Source: Candidatus Staskawiczbacteria bacterium | GTDB taxonomy: Bacteria; Patescibacteriota; Minisyncoccia; Minisyncoccales; Staskawiczbacteraceae | DNA: 64,000 bases | Assembly: GCA_903928565.1 (NCBI GenBank) | Contig: CAIYRH010000010.1 | Coordinates: 41,614-105,613 of the forward strand | Direction: 5' to 3' | Shown: in pieces, positions 9,377 through 18,614 of the stretch | Layout: every line of letters starts with the position of its first letter | Numbering within the stretch: position 1 is the first letter of the stretch | Program-made: the position numbers and the translations under genes | The notes under the pieces: model-generated | Told to the model about the DNA's origin: nothing | Database searches by the model: none | What the model saw: only the letters and a program-made list of their open reading frames with translations

Positions 9377-11027
9377 AAAAATTTTACACTCACAATCTAA
9401 AAGCATAAGTTCTGCTTCTTTAATTTTGGCGGTGTCTTCTTTGGCGTCTGCTATTTTGGGTCTGCTTAGAGACCGTTTGCTGGCAGGAACATTCGGCGCT
9501 GGGGATAAACTAGATGTTTATTATTCTGCTTTTACTGTTCCAGATTTTATTGCTTTAATTTTAATTTTTGGTGCAATTTCGGCCGCCGTAATACCTATGT
9601 TTAGCGGGTACTTAATAAAATCAAAAGACGAGGCTTGGAAATATTTTTCAACTTTGTTAAATGTTTTCTTAGGTTTTTTGATTGTAGTTTCTTTAATTTT
9701 AATAATTTTTGCCCCCTCAATTATTTCTTTAACAGCTCCAGGATTTTCTGGACAAAAGAAAGAAATGGCAATTTTGTTAATGCGTATTATGTTTTTAAGT
9801 CCAATTATTTTGGGGGCTTCAAATATGATAAGCGGAGTGTTGCAAATTTTTCACAGGTTTTTGGTAACAGCTATGGCGCCGTTATTATACAACCTTGGCA
9901 TTATAATAGGAATTGTATTTTTTGTGCCGGCGTTTGGTTTGCAGGGGTTGGCTTGGGGTGTAGTGTTGGGTGGAGTAATGCACCTGCTAATTCAAATTCC
10001 TTCATTATTTTTTTCGGGGTTTAAATATAAAGCTAGTTTTAATTATAAAGACCCCGGTGTAGTAAAAACAATTAAGCTAATGGCGCCCAGATCGCTTGGG
10101 TTGGGGGCGGGCCAGTTAAGCACAATTGCAACCACGGCCATTGCCTCAACGCTTTTGGCGGGATCAATTGCGGTTTTTAATTTGGCAAACAACTTGTCTT
10201 TAATTTTAGTTAATGCCATTGCAGCTTCGGTTTCAACAGCGTCTTTCCCGTCAATGTCTATGGCTTTTTTGAAAGACGAAAAGAGCGAATTTTTAAGAAA
10301 ATTTTCTAGCATTTTACGCCAGATGATATTTTTAGTGGTTCCGTTAAGTTTGCTTCTTTTGTTGTTGAGGGCGCAAATTGTTAGGGCGGTTTTGGGAGTT
10401 GGAAAATTTGGCTGGGCCGATACAAAGTTAACAACCGCCTGTCTTGGCATATTGGCAATTAATTTAATTGCTCAGGCGTTAATTCTATTTTTATCGAAAA
10501 CTTTTTATGCAGCTCATAATACAAAAATTCCAGCAATTATAAGTGGAGTCACCGTGGCCATTAACATAGCCCTTAGTTTAATTTTAGTTTGGTTAATAAA
10601 ATTCTTACCCGGAGTTAATTTATTTTTAGTAGATTTTTTAAGATTAGGTGGCGTTAAAGATATTGGTGTTATTGGCTTGGTTATGGCTTATTCTATCAGC
10701 AGTGTATTGCAACTCTATTTTCTGTTGCGCATGTTTTATAGAAAATTTATGAAACTTCAACCGGCAGGAAAAACAAAAGATATTTTTAATTCATTGTATA
10801 AAGTTTTAATTGCAAGCGTCATAATGTTTATTGTAACTTTTACTGTAAGGCAATTTTTGGGATCTGTGTTAAGTTTGCAAACTTTTTGGGGAATATTTTT
10901 TCAGTTGGCGGTTTCTGGTACGGTTGGCGTAGTAACTTATGCAATTGCCACACACTTGCTAAAGTCGCCCGAGAACAAGGCAATTATGGATTCTTTTTTA
11001 AAAAAGTTTTTATACCCCAATAGATAA
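9369..11027 (+). CDS. murJ: Lipid II flippase MurJ (MviN)
   Basis: LGLLRDRLLAGTFGAG, AFTVPD, multi-TM, FYAAHNTKIP. Confidence 0.93.
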   Translation: MFKKILHSQSKSISSASLILAVSSLASAILGLLRDRLLAGTFGAGDKLDVYYSAFTVPDFIALILIFGAISAAVIPMFSGYLIKSKDEAWKYFSTLLNVFLGFLIVVSLILIIFAPSIISLTAPGFSGQKKEMAILLMRIMFLSPIILGASNMISGVLQIFHRFLVTAMAPLLYNLGIIIGIVFFVPAFGLQGLAWGVVLGGVMHLLIQIPSLFFSGFKYKASFNYKDPGVVKTIKLMAPRSLGLGAGQLSTIATTAIASTLLAGSIAVFNLANNLSLILVNAIAASVSTASFPSMSMAFLKDEKSEFLRKFSSILRQMIFLVVPLSLLLLLLRAQIVRAVLGVGKFGWADTKLTTACLGILAINLIAQALILFLSKTFYAAHNTKIPAIISGVTVAINIALSLILVWLIKFLPGVNLFLVDFLRLGGVKDIGVIGLVMAYSISSVLQLYFLLRMFYRKFMKLQPAGKTKDIFNSLYKVLIASVIMFIVTFTVRQFLGSVLSLQTFWGIFFQLAVSGTVGVVTYAIATHLLKSPENKAIMDSFLKKFLYPNR

Positions 11028-11028
11028 A

Positions 11029-12831
11029 ATGCAAGAAAACGTTAGAAATTTTAGCATAATAGCCCACATTGACCATGGAAAGTCGACACTTGCCGATAGG
11101 CTTTTGGAGTTAACAAATACTATAGACAAGAAAAAAATGATGCCGCAATTTTTAGATTCGATGGATTTAGAAAGAGAAAAGGGCATTACCATAAAACTTA
11201 AAGCCATTAGAATGAACTACAATTTTGAGGGCAAAGACTACATTTTAAATTTGGTCGATACTCCTGGCCACGTTGATTTTTCTTATGAAGTTTCAAGGTC
11301 TATGGAGGCCGTTGAAGGCGCTGTTTTGTTGGTTGATGCAACGCAAGGAATTCAAGCGCAAACATTGGCTAATTTGGAATTGGCAAAAAAGCAAAATTTA
11401 AAAATTATTCCAGTTGTAAATAAAATTGATAGCCCAATTGCCAACGTTGAAGAAACTTTAGAAGAACTTTCTAATTTGTTGCAGGTTATGCCCGAAGACA
11501 TTATAAAAATTTCGGCAAAAGATGGAACAAACGTTCTGCAAGTTTTAGAAACAATTATAAAAGAAGTCCCTCCGCCAAAAGAGTCAGTTAAGCAAGATTT
11601 TAGGGCTTTAATTTTTGATTCTGAATACGACTCTTTTAAAGGAGTTATTGCTTATGTTAGGGTTATTGATGGCGAAATTTCTAATGGAGAAAAAATAGAA
11701 TTAATGGCAACCAAGGCCCCCGCCGAAGTGAAAGAATTGGGTTATTTAAACCCAACATTTTCTGCAAAAGATAAAATTAAGGCAGGTGACATTGGATACA
11801 TTGCCACAGGAATTAAAGAGCCCGGAAAAGTTACCGCCGGAGACACAATTATAAAGTTACAAACAGTTGCCACAAAGGGTACGGTGCAGGCTTTGCCCGG
11901 CTACCAAGAACCAAAGCCAATGGTTTTTGCCAGTTTGTACCCTGAAAACCCCGACGACTTTGACATGTTAAAAGTTGCTTTGGGAAAATTGAAATTAAGC
12001 GACCCAGCACTGGTTTTTGAACAAGAAATGAAAGAGGCGTTGGGCCGTGGTTTCAATTGTGGATTTTTGGGCACTTTGCACATTGAAATTATTTCGGAAA
12101 GGTTGCAAAGGGAATTTGGACTAGATTTAGTAATTTCTGTGCCTTCGGTTGTTTATAGAATTTATGATCAAAAAGGAAAAGAAATTGTTATTCATTCGGC
12201 TTCCGATTGGCCAGAAAACCCTTCAACTATTAAAAATACAGAAGAGCCCTGGGTTTCTTTAGAAGTTATTGCTCCTTCAAGCCAAATGGGGAAATTAATG
12301 GAAATTCTAAAAAGTTTAAAAGGGAATTACGTTACAACAAACTATTTAAGCGCCGAAAGAGTTATTATAGTTTTTGAAACTCCTTTGCGTGGAATTATTG
12401 CTAACCTTTACGACAAGATAAAAACAGCTAGCCAAGGCTATGCTTCAATGAGTTATAACCTTTTAGGGTACAAGCCGGGTAAATTAGTTAAAATGGAAAT
12501 TTGGGTGGCAGGGCACAAAGAAGAAGCATTTTCACGAATTGTTGCCGAAGACGAAGCTTATGCTGAAGGCAAAAGAATGGTTGAAAAATTAAAAGACGTT
12601 TTACCACCAGAACAATTTTCTGTGGCGTTGCAGGCAGTTATTTATGGAAAAGTTATTGCCAGAGAAACTATTAAAGCATACATGAAAGATGTGGCAGGTT
12701 ATTTATATGGGGGAGATGTTACCAGAAAAAATAAACTGCGCGATAAACAGAAAAAAGGTAAAAAACTAATGAAACAAAAGGGGAAAGTTAATGTGCCCAC
12801 AAAAGCCTTTTTAGAAGTGTTTAGGGCTTAA
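11029..12831 (+). CDS. lepA: Elongation factor 4
   Basis: RNFSIIAHIDHGKSTLADR, DTPGHVDF, GFLGTLH, YGGDVTRK. Confidence 0.97.
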   Translation: MQENVRNFSIIAHIDHGKSTLADRLLELTNTIDKKKMMPQFLDSMDLEREKGITIKLKAIRMNYNFEGKDYILNLVDTPGHVDFSYEVSRSMEAVEGAVLLVDATQGIQAQTLANLELAKKQNLKIIPVVNKIDSPIANVEETLEELSNLLQVMPEDIIKISAKDGTNVLQVLETIIKEVPPPKESVKQDFRALIFDSEYDSFKGVIAYVRVIDGEISNGEKIELMATKAPAEVKELGYLNPTFSAKDKIKAGDIGYIATGIKEPGKVTAGDTIIKLQTVATKGTVQALPGYQEPKPMVFASLYPENPDDFDMLKVALGKLKLSDPALVFEQEMKEALGRGFNCGFLGTLHIEIISERLQREFGLDLVISVPSVVYRIYDQKGKEIVIHSASDWPENPSTIKNTEEPWVSLEVIAPSSQMGKLMEILKSLKGNYVTTNYLSAERVIIVFETPLRGIIANLYDKIKTASQGYASMSYNLLGYKPGKLVKMEIWVAGHKEEAFSRIVAEDEAYAEGKRMVEKLKDVLPPEQFSVALQAVIYGKVIARETIKAYMKDVAGYLYGGDVTRKNKLRDKQKKGKKLMKQKGKVNVPTKAFLEVFRA

Positions 12832-12879
12832 CTTATATATTAGATAGAGTATAATTATATAATATATAAATATAACAAT

Positions 12880-13677
12880 ATGAACAAAAAAATATTTGTA
12901 ATTACGATATTATTAATTATCTCTTTTTGTGTGGCTCCGGTTGTGCTTGCAGAAGTAATGACAACTCAACAGCGCGAGGCTAAAATGGCACAACTTAGGT
13001 TGCAAATAGCCCAGCTTCAGCTACGAATTGCGCAACTAACAGGTTCTGCCGCCCCAAAGTGTACTTCTAATTGGCAAATTGGTTCGTGGAGTATTTGCAC
13101 GGGCAACAAGCAAACACGTATTACCACGGACTTAAATAATTGCTCTACACCAACAAGCAGGCCAGTTGTCACGCAAAGTTGTTCAACAAAACCAATTGAC
13201 ATTAGTGCCAATGGTTCGGACGGTCCGTTGAATATTTTTTTAACAGTGGGAAATGGAGCAACACCAAATGGTGCGGGTGTTAATTTAACTTCAAATGTAA
13301 ATTTGCAGTGGGCTGGAACAAATGTATCTTCATGTGTGGCCTCAGACACTGCAAAGCCAACAGTATTTTCTGGGCACAAAGCATTTTCTGGCAACCAAAC
13401 AGTAACTTTGTCTGGGACAATTCCGGCCACAGCAAGCACAAACAAAATTTCAGCAAATTTTAAAATGAGTTGCGTTTCAACTATTAGCGGTTCGCAAGTA
13501 AGCGACAACATTACCGTAAATCTTTTTTATACAGTTGACGGTTATTGCAACACTAATTGGCAATGCCAGGCATGGAGTGCTTGCGTTTCGGGAAGGCAGA
13601 CTAGAACATGCACAGATTACAGCGGTTGCGGTTCTTTAACCAATAAACCGGCAATAACCCAAGTTTGCACTCAATAG
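12880..13677 (+). CDS. Secreted protein with two thrombospondin-type-1-like WxxxxWSxC modules
   Basis: Signal peptide, short coiled coil, CTSNWQIGSWSICTGNKQTR and CNTNWQCQAWSACVSGRQTR. Confidence 0.75.
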   Translation: MNKKIFVITILLIISFCVAPVVLAEVMTTQQREAKMAQLRLQIAQLQLRIAQLTGSAAPKCTSNWQIGSWSICTGNKQTRITTDLNNCSTPTSRPVVTQSCSTKPIDISANGSDGPLNIFLTVGNGATPNGAGVNLTSNVNLQWAGTNVSSCVASDTAKPTVFSGHKAFSGNQTVTLSGTIPATASTNKISANFKMSCVSTISGSQVSDNITVNLFYTVDGYCNTNWQCQAWSACVSGRQTRTCTDYSGCGSLTNKPAITQVCTQ

Positions 13678-13686
13678 GGGAAACAC

Positions 13687-13715
13687 TTGACAAGAAATTA
13701 AAACAGACGTATAAT
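13687..13715 (+). promoter_or_regulatory. Consensus sigma70 promoter
   Basis: TTGACA-17-TATAAT. Confidence 0.85.
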
Positions 13716-13735
13716 TGACGCATATTTTAGTTACA

Positions 13736-13809
13736 GCACATTAACAAAGATAGATCATGGCTTAAAGGAAATTTGCCTAAAAGCGGTTTTTTTTGAGCCG
13801 TGATCTATC
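13736..13809 (+). promoter_or_regulatory. boxA-like motif plus 18-bp leader hairpin
   Basis: gcacattaacaa then gatagatcatggcttaaa/tttgagccgtgatctatc with two G-U pairs. Confidence 0.55.
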
Positions 13810-13870
13810 CTAAACCCAAATTGTTCGGATAGAAGTCTCGGTAATGGAAAAAGATCGAAGATAAAAAACC

Positions 13871-14326
13871 ATGAAGAAGGAAATTCCACCCTGGGTAGAC
13901 GAAGAAAAACACCTGACTCGGCCGTTGAGTAACGGCAAAAAACCCCCGGGGTCGAGGATCTACTGCGTTCGTTCCGGTAAGCCGCTGAAAGACGTGGCGC
14001 ATGGGTCCGATCGCTGTCACAAACGGTACGAGATCCACACCATTCTCAGGAACATCGATGAGTTCCGCGAAGGTGATGGAGTATATTCTGTGACGTTCAG
14101 CAGCCAACCCTCTCCGCCGACGGAGGAGGAACTGCGTCATCAACGCCGGCAGTCGCCGCTGTATAAGTGCATCGAAGGTAAGAAATGCAACGTCACCGTG
14201 ACGTCTAATGGCGTTTCTCTCTGGGGCGGGAAGCAACAGAAGGCCCGCCGGCGCCACGGTAGCAAGCGCTGCCGCAAAAACAGCGTTCGCGAACAAGTGT
14301 TCGCGCTCCAACCCCAACCCTGCTAA
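13871..14326 (+). CDS. Orphan basic hypothetical protein (GC-elevated)
   Basis: 151-aa ORF between a consensus promoter and a terminator-like hairpin; no recognisable domain. Confidence 0.55.
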   Translation: MKKEIPPWVDEEKHLTRPLSNGKKPPGSRIYCVRSGKPLKDVAHGSDRCHKRYEIHTILRNIDEFREGDGVYSVTFSSQPSPPTEEELRHQRRQSPLYKCIEGKKCNVTVTSNGVSLWGGKQQKARRRHGSKRCRKNSVREQVFALQPQPC

Positions 14327-14387
14327 CCCTCGCCCCCCAGCACCCACACCCCAGCAAAAAACTTTCCCCGAACAGCCACCCCCTATG

Positions 14388-14442
14388 GCGGGTATCACTA
14401 AGCAAGCGAAAGCGAGCAAACGTGGTACCCGTCCTATTTTTT
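14388..14442 (+). terminator. Terminator-like hairpin with a GAAA-capped inner stem
   Basis: gcgggtatcac...gtggtacccgt followed by a T-tract. Confidence 0.55.
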
Positions 14443-15848
14443 TATACTTCAAAAGATTGCCCCATTGTTGGAATTTCAACAGGCAATAATGGATAAGATT
14501 TTTCCATTAATTCTTTAAAAACAGTAGCTTGAGGAAGCTCTGTGTGAACTAAAAATAATCTTTGTAAATTTTTAACATGCGCAATGTAAGAAGACAAATC
14601 GTTTTGGTCTGCGTGAGCTGAAAATTCGTGAAGAGTTTTTACTTGTGCCCTAATTTTATATTCTTTTCCATAAATTTTAACTGGACTAATTCCATCCTGA
14701 ATTTTTCTGCCCAAAGTGTCTTCCGCTTGATAACCTGTAATTAAAATTATATTTTGTGGGTTTTCTATATTGTTTTTTAAATGGTGTAAAACCCTGCCAC
14801 CTTCGCACATTCCCGAGGCGCAAATTATCATCATGGGGCCTGGTTTATTGTTTAAAGATTTTGACTCTTCAATTGTGCGCACGTAAGTTAAATTATTTAT
14901 TGAAAATGCCGATTGCCCGCGCGAGCCAAAATCCCTCTGAAAGTTTCCGTTAAAATCTTTTATATATTTTGGAAAAATTTCTGTAATGTTTTTTGCCAAC
15001 GGGCTGTCTATGTAAATTGGAATTGCAGGAATTAATTTTTGGTCTAAAAGTTTGTGTAAAATGTAAATAATGTCTTGTGTTCGGCCCAATGAAAAAGCGG
15101 GCACAATTATTTTACCTTTATTTTTTATTACAGTTGCAATTGCCCCTTTAAAACTTCCGGTGGCGTCGGTAATGGGGCTGTGGTTTTTGTCGCCATAGGT
15201 GCATTCTGTAATAAGCGTTTGCACATCTTCTTGAATGTATTCTGGACGGGGTAAAATAGGGGAATACTCTCTGCCTAAGTCGCCGGTGAAGGCAAGGGTT
15301 TTAACTGTCTCGCCCTCTTTTATTTCCAAGAAAATTATGGCCGAACCCAAAATATGGCCGGCATCGTAAAACTTAAACCGAATGTTTTCATTTAAAGCTG
15401 TCCATTGCCCAGTGTGCTTAAAATAATCTATTGTTTCAAAATGTTCAACAACTTTTAAAACGTCTTGCTCGGTGTAAATGGGAGAAATTTGGTCTGCGGG
15501 ATTTTCTGTGTGCTTGTTAAAATACAGGGCGTCTTGCTTTTGAATTTCGGCGGCATCTAGCATAATATATTTTGCAATTTCGGCGGTGGCTGGTGTGCAG
15601 TAAATTTTCCCCTCAAAGCCGTCTTTAACTAAAATAGGCAGAGTGCCACAGTGGTCTAGGTGAGCATGAGAAAGTATAACAGCATTAATTTCTTTTGGCT
15701 CAAAGGGTAGAGTGCGGTTTAGCCGGTTAGACTCGTCTCTTCTGCCTTGGTAAAACCCGCAATCTAAAAGCAAGTTGTAGCCGTTTGTTTGAATTAAGTG
15801 TTTTGAGCCGGTAACATTTTGGTCGGCTCCTAAAAAGTTTATTTTCAT
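14442..15848 (-). CDS. MBL-fold beta-CASP ribonuclease (YSH1 family)
   Basis: VTGS, SHAHLDH, DAGHILGS, TGDLG, PAFSLGRTQ, FSAHAD. Confidence 0.92.
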   Translation of the reverse strand: MKINFLGADQNVTGSKHLIQTNGYNLLLDCGFYQGRRDESNRLNRTLPFEPKEINAVILSHAHLDHCGTLPILVKDGFEGKIYCTPATAEIAKYIMLDAAEIQKQDALYFNKHTENPADQISPIYTEQDVLKVVEHFETIDYFKHTGQWTALNENIRFKFYDAGHILGSAIIFLEIKEGETVKTLAFTGDLGREYSPILPRPEYIQEDVQTLITECTYGDKNHSPITDATGSFKGAIATVIKNKGKIIVPAFSLGRTQDIIYILHKLLDQKLIPAIPIYIDSPLAKNITEIFPKYIKDFNGNFQRDFGSRGQSAFSINNLTYVRTIEESKSLNNKPGPMMIICASGMCEGGRVLHHLKNNIENPQNIILITGYQAEDTLGRKIQDGISPVKIYGKEYKIRAQVKTLHEFSAHADQNDLSSYIAHVKNLQRLFLVHTELPQATVFKELMEKSYPLLPVEIPTMGQSFEV

Positions 15849-15956
15849 ATTATGTCATTTTATCATAGTAGCCAAAATATTAGAAACCAAATGCAACTTG
15901 ATTGGATTAGATTTTTGTGTTAAAGTAACACTATTACAAAATTATTTTGTAATTCG

Positions 15957-16027
15957 TGGGCCGTGGAGGAGTAGTACCTCGGCAGTCTCATAAGCTGCAG
16001 GCCCCCGTGCAATTCGGGGCGGCCCAA
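15957..16027 (+). tRNA. tRNA-Met(CAT), divergent, initiator-like
   Basis: Cloverleaf tgggccg/cggccca, gagg/cctc, gcagt-ctcataa-gctgc, ccccg-tgcaatt-cgggg; no encoded CCA. Confidence 0.8.
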
Positions 16028-16049
16028 CAAAATTAGATATTGAATTGAC

Positions 16050-16304
16050 ATGTGGTTTGTTTATATAATCAAATGTGTTGATGGTTCTTTATACACCGGT
16101 TTTACCAATAACTTGGAAAAAAGGTTTGAAAAACATAAAAGTGGTACGGCTAGTAAATATACAAGATCGCATAAACCGGAAAAAATTGTATTTTTTAAAA
16201 AATTCACCAGTAAAATTGCGGCTCTTAAAAAAGAAAGAGAAATTAAAAAATTGACGAGAAAAGAAAAATTAAGCTTTTTGCAAAGTCATAAAATGCCGGG
16301 GTAG
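16050..16304 (+). CDS. Small GIY-YIG nuclease (UPF0213/YhbQ-like)
   Basis: WFVYIIKCVDGSLYTG, RFEKH, SKYTR, ALKKEREIKKL. Confidence 0.9.
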   Translation: MWFVYIIKCVDGSLYTGFTNNLEKRFEKHKSGTASKYTRSHKPEKIVFFKKFTSKIAALKKEREIKKLTRKEKLSFLQSHKMPG

Positions 16305-16368
16305 CTCAGTTGGTAAGAGCGCAACACTCATAACGTTGAGGTCGTGGGTTCGACTCCCACCCTCGGCA
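16295..16368 (+). tRNA. tRNA with CAT anticodon (probably elongator Met; Ile2 not excluded)
   Basis: gccgggg/cctcggc acceptor, tagctcagttggta D arm, ctcataa loop, ggttcgactcc T arm. Confidence 0.88.
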
Positions 16369-16375
16369 CAAACAT

Positions 16376-16451
16376 GCGGGCATAGTCCAGCCTGGTTTAA
16401 GACGCCTCCCTGTCACGGAGGAGATCGGGGGTTCAAATCCCCCTGCCCGCG
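16376..16451 (+). tRNA. tRNA-Asp(GTC)
   Basis: gcgggca/tgcccgc acceptor, cctcc-ctgtcac-ggagg, ggttcaaatcc, G discriminator. Confidence 0.93.
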
Positions 16452-16461
16452 CTTTTTTAAA

Positions 16462-16497
16462 GCCACCTTTCAATTGAGGTGGCTTTTGGTATATAAT
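16462..16497 (+). repeat. Repeated terminator/extended -10 module, copy 1
   Basis: gccacctttcaattgaggtggcttttggtatataat; related copies at 17456, 17789, 18500, 20328. Confidence 0.75.
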
Positions 16498-16526
16498 AAG
16501 TTTAATTAAATTTACATTATATAACT

Positions 16527-17432
16527 ATGCCAGTTAACGTGCCCGATAAATTACCAGCAATAGAAACTCTTAAAAAAGAGGATATTTTTGTCATGAAAAG
16601 GACAGACGCTCTTCATCAGGATATTCATCCGCAAAAGATAATTCTGTTAAATATAATGCCGACTAAAATAGCAACTGAAACACAAATTTTACGTTTATTG
16701 TCTAATTCTCCTTTGCAAATTGAATTATATCTTCTTCATCCTAAAAGTCACAAGCCAAAAAATACTTCTATAAAACACATGAAGATGTTTTATAAGACTT
16801 TTGACGAATTGAAAAAAAATAAATACGATGGTTTAATAATCACGGGAGCCCCAGTTGAAAGTATTCCTTTTGAAGAAGTTGATTATTGGGAAGAGTTAAA
16901 AGAAATTATGGATTGGAGTAAAAAAAATGTGACTTCCACTTTTTTTATTTGCTGGGCGGCTCAAGCTGGACTTTACCATTTTTACGGCATAGAAAAGCAT
17001 AAATTGCCAAAAAAAATGTTTGGCGTTTTTCCTCACAAAGTCCTTAATAAAAATGTACCATTGGTGAGAGGGTTTGACGACATTTTTTTTGCGCCACACT
17101 CACATTACACGGAAGTTAGAACAAAAGATATTAAAAAAATAAAAAAACTATCACTTATATCTGAATCTGACGAGGCTGGAGTTTATATTGTAGCCTCAAA
17201 AGATAAAAAGCAGATATTTGTGATGGGGCATTCGGAATATGACCCGCTGACTTTAAAAGAAGAATTAGACAGAGATTTAGAAAAAGGTTTGAATACAAGC
17301 GTGCCTAAAAATTATTTTGTGAAGGACAATCCAAAAAATAAACCTGTTGTAAATTGGAGAAGTCACTCAAGTTTATTGTTTATTAATTGGTTAAATTATT
17401 ATGTTTACCAAAAAAACGGGAACGATATTTAA
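16527..17432 (+). CDS. metA: Homoserine O-acyltransferase, probably acetyl-CoA type
   Basis: [48 protein letters not shown]. Confidence 0.93.
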   Translation: MPVNVPDKLPAIETLKKEDIFVMKRTDALHQDIHPQKIILLNIMPTKIATETQILRLLSNSPLQIELYLLHPKSHKPKNTSIKHMKMFYKTFDELKKNKYDGLIITGAPVESIPFEEVDYWEELKEIMDWSKKNVTSTFFICWAAQAGLYHFYGIEKHKLPKKMFGVFPHKVLNKNVPLVRGFDDIFFAPHSHYTEVRTKDIKKIKKLSLISESDEAGVYIVASKDKKQIFVMGHSEYDPLTLKEELDRDLEKGLNTSVPKNYFVKDNPKNKPVVNWRSHSSLLFINWLNYYVYQKNGNDI

Positions 17433-17455
17433 TTAATTATTTATTTCAACTACTA

Positions 17456-17510
17456 GCCACCTTTCTTGTCCTGAGCATAGGCGAAGGATAATTAGGGTGG
17501 TTTTTTGGTT
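17456..17510 (+). repeat. Repeated terminator module copy 2, with a 24-nt insertion in the loop (17465-17488)
   Basis: gccaccttt[cttgtcctgagcataggcgaagga]taattagggtggtttttt vs the uninterrupted copy at 17789. Confidence 0.75.
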
Positions 17511-17544
17511 GTAAGGAAATGCCTGGCCTGCAGTCATATATGTA

Positions 17545-17617
17545 TAGCCCTTAAATTACGAAATGATTTTGAGCCAATTAATTTAAATCAAAAATTTCAT
17601 TTCGTAATTTAGGGATA
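17545..17617. repeat. Inverted-repeat (MITE-like) element
   Basis: Perfect 15-bp IR taaattacgaaatga (17552-17566)/tcatttcgtaattta (17597-17611), extendable on both sides. Confidence 0.55.
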
Positions 17618-17636
17618 AAAATTAAAGAATAAATAT

Positions 17637-17780
17637 ATGTTTTTAGAAATTGGAATTGTTTTACTAATATTATGGATGCTGGGTTTTGCCTTTTATCCTC
17701 TTGGCGGGCTTATACATATTTTGCTAGTTGTGGCCCTTATTGCCATTGTTTGGCATTTTGTAACAGGAAAGCAGATATAG
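17637..17780 (+). CDS. lmo0937-family (DUF5670) small membrane protein, 47 aa, not in ORF track
   Basis: MFLEIGIVLLILWMLGFAFYPLGGLIHILLVVALIAIVWHFVTGKQI; LW.LG...GGLIH.LLV.A motif. Confidence 0.85.
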   Translation: MFLEIGIVLLILWMLGFAFYPLGGLIHILLVVALIAIVWHFVTGKQI

Positions 17781-17788
17781 TAACACCG

Positions 17789-17819
17789 GCCACCTTTTAA
17801 TTAGGGTGGCTTTTTGGTA
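17789..17819 (+). repeat. Repeated terminator/extended -10 module, copy 3
   Basis: gccaccttttaattagggtggctttttggta. Confidence 0.75.
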
Positions 17820-17853
17820 AGGTAAGGTAAAGTAAATTAATTATTCAAATTTT

Positions 17854-18264
17854 ATGGATTATTTAAAACATAAAACTTCGCGATATTGGCTTCACATATT
17901 TTCAATGCCTTTTATTTGGTTGCCTTTGCCATTTCTAATGGCGTGCGACTTAGTTTGTGCATTTTATCAACTGATTTGCTTTCCTATTTATAGAATAAAA
18001 TGGGTAAAAAGATCGGAATATATTTTAATTTTTGACCGCAATAAATTGCCTTATTTAGACGGAATGCAAAAACTTGGTTGCATGTATTGCGGATATGCAA
18101 ACGGAATTTTGCGATATATGAAAGAAGTTGCTGGCAGAACTGAAAAATATTGGTGTGGAATTATGCACGAAGGTAAAACAGGGTTTAAAACTCAAGAAGA
18201 CCAAGTAAGCCAAAATTTTGCACACTTTGAAGATGAAAAAGATTTTAAAAATAAATACAAATAA
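17854..18264 (+). CDS. Hypothetical membrane protein with a CxYCxYANG motif
   Basis: Hydrophobic N-terminus, CMYCGYANG...TEKYWCGIMH. Confidence 0.75.
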   Translation: MDYLKHKTSRYWLHIFSMPFIWLPLPFLMACDLVCAFYQLICFPIYRIKWVKRSEYILIFDRNKLPYLDGMQKLGCMYCGYANGILRYMKEVAGRTEKYWCGIMHEGKTGFKTQEDQVSQNFAHFEDEKDFKNKYK

Positions 18265-18267
18265 ATT

Positions 18268-18480
18268 ATGAAATTATGGAATTGGTTTCTATATATAACT
18301 AATAATGAAGAAACTTCCAGACACGAGCAACAATTTGACGTTGCATTCTTTATTATTAATTCAGTGGCGTTAGTTGTTGGCATTTATATGTTTATTGCAT
18401 ATAACGCGCCAGAGTGGATTCCGGTTTTGATTATTGAATATACCTGGGCGTTTGATAATCTTCGTAACAACAGGAATTGA
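18268..18480 (+). CDS. Small membrane protein, copy A
   Basis: Near-identical paralog at 20389 with mostly synonymous differences. Confidence 0.8.
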   Translation: MKLWNWFLYITNNEETSRHEQQFDVAFFIINSVALVVGIYMFIAYNAPEWIPVLIIEYTWAFDNLRNNRN

Positions 18481-18614
18481 ACATGTTTAACGTGGTAAGA
18501 ACCATCTTGCTAAGGTGGTTTTTTATTTAACGCAAATTTAATAACATAATATTAAAATGGAAACTAGAAATATGGGGTATTGACGATTTAACATGGCGGG
18601 AGTATTATTTAAAT

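Noticed and set aside
13805..14479. 224-aa minus-strand ORF and overlapping small ORFs
   Set aside because: Promoter, G-U-compatible hairpins and terminator all point to the + strand; long shadow ORFs are expected in GC-rich DNA.
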